The notes below the pieces were generated by a model that did not search any database, was not told the DNA's origin, and saw only the letters and a list, made by a program, of their open reading frames with translations. A stretch of DNA of 64,000 nucleotides from Saccostrea cucullata (lineage: Eukaryota): assembly GCF_032062105.1 (NCBI RefSeq), contig NW_026939309.1, positions 372,001 to 436,000 on the forward strand, given 5' to 3'. Positions 59,150 through 64,000 of the stretch are shown here, one piece after another (position 1 is the first letter of the stretch; each line of letters opens with the position of its first letter). A program made the position numbers and the translations under genes.

Positions 59150-61004
59150 TGTAACGGGGTGGGGGCCAGGCGGACGGCACCTCTCCTACTACTGCCGGGA
59201 CCGCACTCCCTCACTCTATCTATAGGGGCTGTCTTATCTTTCGTGGCAAGGCTTGCGTTACACAGCTCAACCCGAGCTCAGGAGGGCTAGTATGGCACAG
59301 TGGTTCAAAACTCAACACTCTTTAATCTTATATCACCACACACTAAATTATCTCCCTTTAATCAATGAACTCAGATAATACCCCACTGCCCAAAACCTAA
59401 ACCTCCTTTTATTAACCCGCGCTCTCTAAGTTACACTAAATTTATAAATACACGAAATCTCTCAGCTTTTCTTCTCTATTTGTCAAGCTCGTTACAATCT
59501 AGACCTACGGAAGTCACTAAAATTCTTAAATACTCATTTATCTCATTACTCTGTTCTTACTCTTTTATATCCCACAATTTCCATCTTGTTGGAAAATCAC
59601 ACTTTGATAAAACTTTGTAAATCTCTGTACTTGAAATGAAACAAAATACAGTTTTACCATTTATTATAATAATTATCTCTCAATTAAACAATCAACAAAT
59701 TCTAAACTCTGTCTCAGTCTGTCTCTTGTCACCTATAAGTCTTATCTTACCTAAAACCAACTTCAATGCAACTCACAAAACTCCTAACTCTCAAAACTTC
59801 CTCCCAGACCTCCTGGATGAAAGTAAAAACCAATAACTAAAACTTAATCCCTTAAACCTAATTAATTCCTAACAAATTTCAAACACCAGTAATTCCTGCA
59901 AATTTCCTAAGTCTGAGTTCCAGTTAAAAACAGTAGCAAAATTTAGAAATACACTAGCTTCTTTAGCTAAATGTATAAATTACCTAAACAATTTCAAGTA
60001 ATTCTAAAATTCAACAACAATTTACCAAAAATTTCAAACAACCAGCAAATTTTAACCAAGTCCAATTTCTCAATTAAAATTCACTAAACCTGATCAAAAC
60101 TTCCTATAAAATTCCACAAATATTCCAAAAGTTCCTAAAAATCCTTAAAATAACCCTGGCTCTTCTTAAACTAAAACTAAAAAGTCATTATTAAATCTAA
60201 ATTCAAAACGCCCAACCCATACTAACTCCTTACCCCTAAAACACGTCCTCTCGAAACAAATCAACCTAGCAGAAGAGCCAAAAATTCCTTGAATCTCTCT
60301 CTTTTATACAACAACATGACGTAAAAGTTGGAAACTGTTGGACTCATTGGAAAACGTTGGAGAATCTCTCGTGACATTTCCCGTAAACAGCAAAGTCTAT
60401 AGAAAAATCTAATAACTACATACAAGACAACTTTTCTGAATGAAAGTAATCTCTGAATACATTCTTCAATTAGAATAAGTAAATTAATCTCCATTTAAAT
60501 CAACAAATAACACAATTAACTCCAAAAATCCGAAAACTATCGTAACTTTTATGATCGGGCTCAACCTACACAATTTACGACCGCCAAGTTCGTAAACAAA
60601 TCTACCAGTCTATAAACTGCCGATAATTAACTGAAAACAAGTTAAACTTCAAGAAAACATGATTTCATCTATAAATCTATGGTTTACCTACTACAGAAGA
60701 CCAATCAAAGTCCCTGAAACATGAAGTAAGCTAAAGTAATACCACAACTTTACTACAGCTACGATCAGCTGATTTCTACGTAACTCAAAACATGTGCACA
60801 AACTATTTCAACTCATGTAAATGACTTAAACTTGTCAATAATCACCTATCAACTACATGCAAAGCATAAATCAGTACATATTCTTGCAATGTCAAGTAAT
60901 TATAACACATATACAAATTCATCTCAACTCTCCTACAATGTCAACAATAATCAGGTTCAATAACTCTGTATAAAACTAATCTGTCAAATCTCTGGACCGT
61001 TACA
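59150..61004 (-). repeat. 5' LTR of the Gypsy element
   Basis: Direct repeat of 53884-55739, adjacent to the PBS. Confidence 0.93.
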
Positions 61005-63000
61005 ATATATTGTATAATATAGTATTACTCATCAAATATTATAGTTTGAACAAAATGTCTATTGTAGTATTTGTATAATTTGCTTTCAAGTGCTAAAAAT
61101 TGGCATTTTCCTATATAATCCTATAGTAAATGTACCTGTATTTTGAGGCGGTCCCTCAAAAATACCTGGACAGTAGATTTTCCCCAAACTTTGCATGTAC
61201 ACTGAAGTTAATGTAAGTTATATATGGTATAAAAATGAAGAGTTTCGCTATTGTAGTTTTCACACAATAAAACTATAGTCGGCCCCCTTAAGTCTGAACC
61301 ACTTATCTCACAGTTGAGTCCACTAATCTCATGAACCACTTAATTATCCTGAGATTTTAAGTCCTATGCATTATTCTGAGTCTAGACCGCTGATTCTTTG
61401 GTTGTGAGTTCCAGTATAAATCCCATAAGACTGCACGCTCCATTAAATTATGAATGACTGCACTTGTTAAACATAAGCTGTATGCATTTAGATGTCCACC
61501 AAAACTCACACAACTTGCATGTATTGTTTCTCATTGTTAGCATGTTATCCTGTTTTATATACTATAAACATACTTAGCCATTACAATAAGACTTCATTAT
61601 GTAAATTAAAATCAATGATATTACCATGGCAATACAACTTCATCACTTTCCTGTAAGTGATAATAACAGAGTGATTAACACACATTGTAAGTCTATCAGT
61701 AATAATTTCACCATAAACAAATACTCATGCAGGACTCTAACAATCTAGCTATTCCTGGAGGTAATGCCCTTATGGGTGGGTATAATTCTATTATCTTAGA
61801 AATTATTTTTCGGTTAAAGTTACAGAAAATCTGTTTAATGAAATCATGTTTCCAGTAGATACTTAGAGAGGAAAGGTATAAATATATATTTGTTTATTAC
61901 TCAATCATTACCTTCATTTTTATTTACTTAGGTAATTACTTATCACACTCCTACTCTCGCATTCAGTCAATATAAGCCTTGCCTTAACTGAATTGATACA
62001 TTATATCCTATTATTTTGATAATCATGCTGAACAAGATATGTTTAAAATGTTTAACTCTCCTCTTTGTTTGTTTGTAGGGTTTTCGGGGGGGGGGGGGGG
62101 GGGGGGGTTAAAATTTGATTTCATTTCATGCTTCCTTGAGGAGTCTTGATTCTTTATAAATACTTGTTAATGACCCACATTTTTCTCCTTTGAAAAGTTT
62201 ATATTGTGCTCCCTGTGGGGTACTGCTTTTCTGTCGCTTTACGTCATTGTTTCTTAGACAATTCAAGATCATAGCGCCTAGCCTAGCTGCTAGTCAGATA
62301 TTTAGGTTAATTGAACACATGGTATGATTAAGTTCATTATCACTTGTTTCCCTACATAGTACTATAAACATGATAAAAGCATATCATTCAAGGATACATG
62401 GACCTACAAAACTGCTACTATCTTTTATTTTAGTGATCAGAAAGTTTATTTAATTCAGCATTCGCTCTCACATCCCTTGCCATTCTACTGTTTTCTAGTA
62501 GACTTTTTCAACTGAATGCATGAGGTTAACATGTTATAACTTGGAATAATTTTACAGTAGAAACATTTATCATTCTTTTTTTAGATTGAGTACAATCTCT
62601 TGATATAGTTATATACATGTAGCTTGAATTGGCTAAACAGGGTGACTGGCTGTTCAAAAAAGCTTTAGTTTGCTATCTTATCATACTTAAGTTTTTTTTA
62701 GTATGTTAATGTATATGAAAAACTGTATGTCATCCTATTTTTTTTTTATTTAAAGGCCTATCAGAATCTACATTGCTGTTTTCACTAGACTCCTATTTAA
62801 TTTATTGGTCCTTCTAAATGCTATTATCTTTATTATGAACAGGATTAAGGTTAAACACAGATGATAAATACCTGCCACTGCACTTAACATACATGTATAT
62901 ATAATGTACATTTAGCCCAACACTAGGTTTACGCTAACTGTTAATGTACCAGATATTTTATTTCTTAAGTTTTCTGATACTTTGTTTTCCTTTAGGGTGC

Positions 63001-63343
63001 TTTATTATACCCCCCGCTTGAAAAGCGGGAGGGTATATAGTAATCGTTAATTCCATCCGTCCGTCCGTCCGTCCTTCTGTCTGTCCGTCCGTCCGTCTGT
63101 TACACTTTGGGGTACCCATCTCTTATCCGTAACTCCTCTCATACCACTGAATGAAATTTGATGAAACTTTCACAGAATCTTTATTACATATTGCCATTGT
63201 GCACCTCCTATTTTACTTTTTGATCCGACACATATTTTGGGTTTCCCGGCCACAGGAAAACATGGACTGTTTCACCAGTTATAATCATATGGGAGGGCGG
63301 GGGGTATCATTTAGTGAGCTCATCGCTCACAGTACCTCTAGTT
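63001..63343 (+). mobile_element. Short Helentron-associated element
   Basis: TTTATTATACCCCCCGCTTGAAAAGCGGGAGGGTATA palindrome, (GTCC)n microsatellite, subterminal GCGGGGGGTAT and 3' hairpin GTGAGCTCATCGCTCAC...CTCTAGTT. Confidence 0.8.
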
Positions 63344-63951
63344 TTAACAAGACCCCCACTGGATAGCTGCAATAATGTTGCCCTCCCCTCCTTTTTTTAT
63401 TTGGGAGAGAGCTACAGCTCCTTAGGATCTCTGTAATGGTGCAAGTGCAAGACGAGAGTGATTCACTTCCGCAAAGATTTCAGCTAAAATTATCAGTAAA
63501 TGGCTATTTAATTAATGTTTCTTACTTTAACTCCAAAAATGTAGTTATGCAAGACATAAATCAATCCAAAAATACACACAACAATCCATATATCGGTTAT
63601 TTTTCGTGTATGTCAACATCACAACTTGAATTTATCCACTATGTTTACCAACGTTGATCAATTTTATTTCGGGACAGCCAATGAAATTAGGGATCTATAG
63701 AGAGAGGATCTGATTCTCTACAGGAATTACCTTTTTTAAGGCATAATACCCAGTACATGTAATTGCTGTTTATGAAAAAATATCACATGGAATGGTTTAA
63801 TTATTGATGTTTAGTGATGCTATACAGCACAATCATTTAGTTACCCTAACATTTGCTTCATCAAGTTATTCTTAACTTCAAGAGCAAGTCTCATTGCATC
63901 ACGCGAGAAGTCTGTCTTGACTTCTGAAGAGAGTGACTGGTTAAAAAACAG

Positions 63952-64000
63952 ATTTATTATACCCCCCGCTTGAAAAGCGGGAGGGTATATAATAATCGTT
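63952..64000 (+). mobile_element. Start of another copy of the 63001-63343 element (cut by window edge)
   Basis: TTTATTATACCCCCCGCTTGAAAAGCGGGAGGGTATAT is identical to 63001-63038. Confidence 0.75.

Larger units (their letters stand above)
53884..61004 (-). mobile_element. Gypsy/Ty3 LTR retrotransposon, gag + protease only, recent insertion
   Basis: Near-identical ~1.86-kb LTRs with TGTAACGG...CCGTTACA termini and an ATAT TSD (53880-53883, 61005-61008). PBS TGGCGTCGCCGGTAGGA (59147-59131) is tRNA-Ser-like. PPT GAGAGGAGGGTAG (55752-55740). Confidence 0.93.
53410..61287. mobile_element. ~750-bp non-autonomous TTAA-specific DNA transposon (Kolobok-like), split by the Gypsy insertion
   Basis: 18-bp TIR GGGGGCCGACTATAGTTT (53410-53427 / 61270-61287) with TTAA TSD (53406-53409, 61288-61291). 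Purine termini plus TTAA favour Kolobok over piggyBac. Confidence 0.8.

Noticed and set aside
61340-64000. Missing first DFPase exon(s)
   Set aside because: No GAEGPVF-like coding segment with splice sites was found; the EGP at ~62810 lacks context. The exon(s) probably lie beyond the window.

Overview
AT-rich, intron-containing eukaryotic DNA. The repeat content (166-bp satellite inside Helentron-type elements, tRNA-derived SINEs, Penelope-like RT remnants) points to an oyster-like bivalve mollusc; this is an inference. Four host genes can be modelled. (1) A rhodopsin-class GPCR with an intronless CDS (7604-8638, -). (2) A 14-coding-exon ankyrin-ZU5-ZU5-UPA-death-death gene with a PIDD1-type HFS motif (14105-25893, -). 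(3) Head-to-head with it, a giant ankyrin-repeat gene of about 3,950 aa (27183-40512, +). (4) The last four exons of a squid-type DFPase (SMP-30/gluconolactonase family) gene (46952-52804, -). Both ankyrin genes need removal of a single extra base to read through. Mobile DNA includes a 4-kb Sola1-like non-autonomous element, several Helentron-associated elements, palindromic mini-elements, and two LTR retrotransposons reduced to gag+protease (BEL/Pao and Gypsy). The Gypsy element is nested in a TTAA-flanked DNA element, inside a minisatellite, inside a DFPase intron. The most unusual structure is a ~44-copy array in the last DFPase intron in which every unit copies the 3' splice site followed directly by GT. 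This would regenerate a 5' splice site after each use, making it a candidate tandem recursive-splicing array. Two further tandem duplications in the window also start on splice junctions. All exon models were read by eye from GT/AG signals and reading phase, without transcript data.
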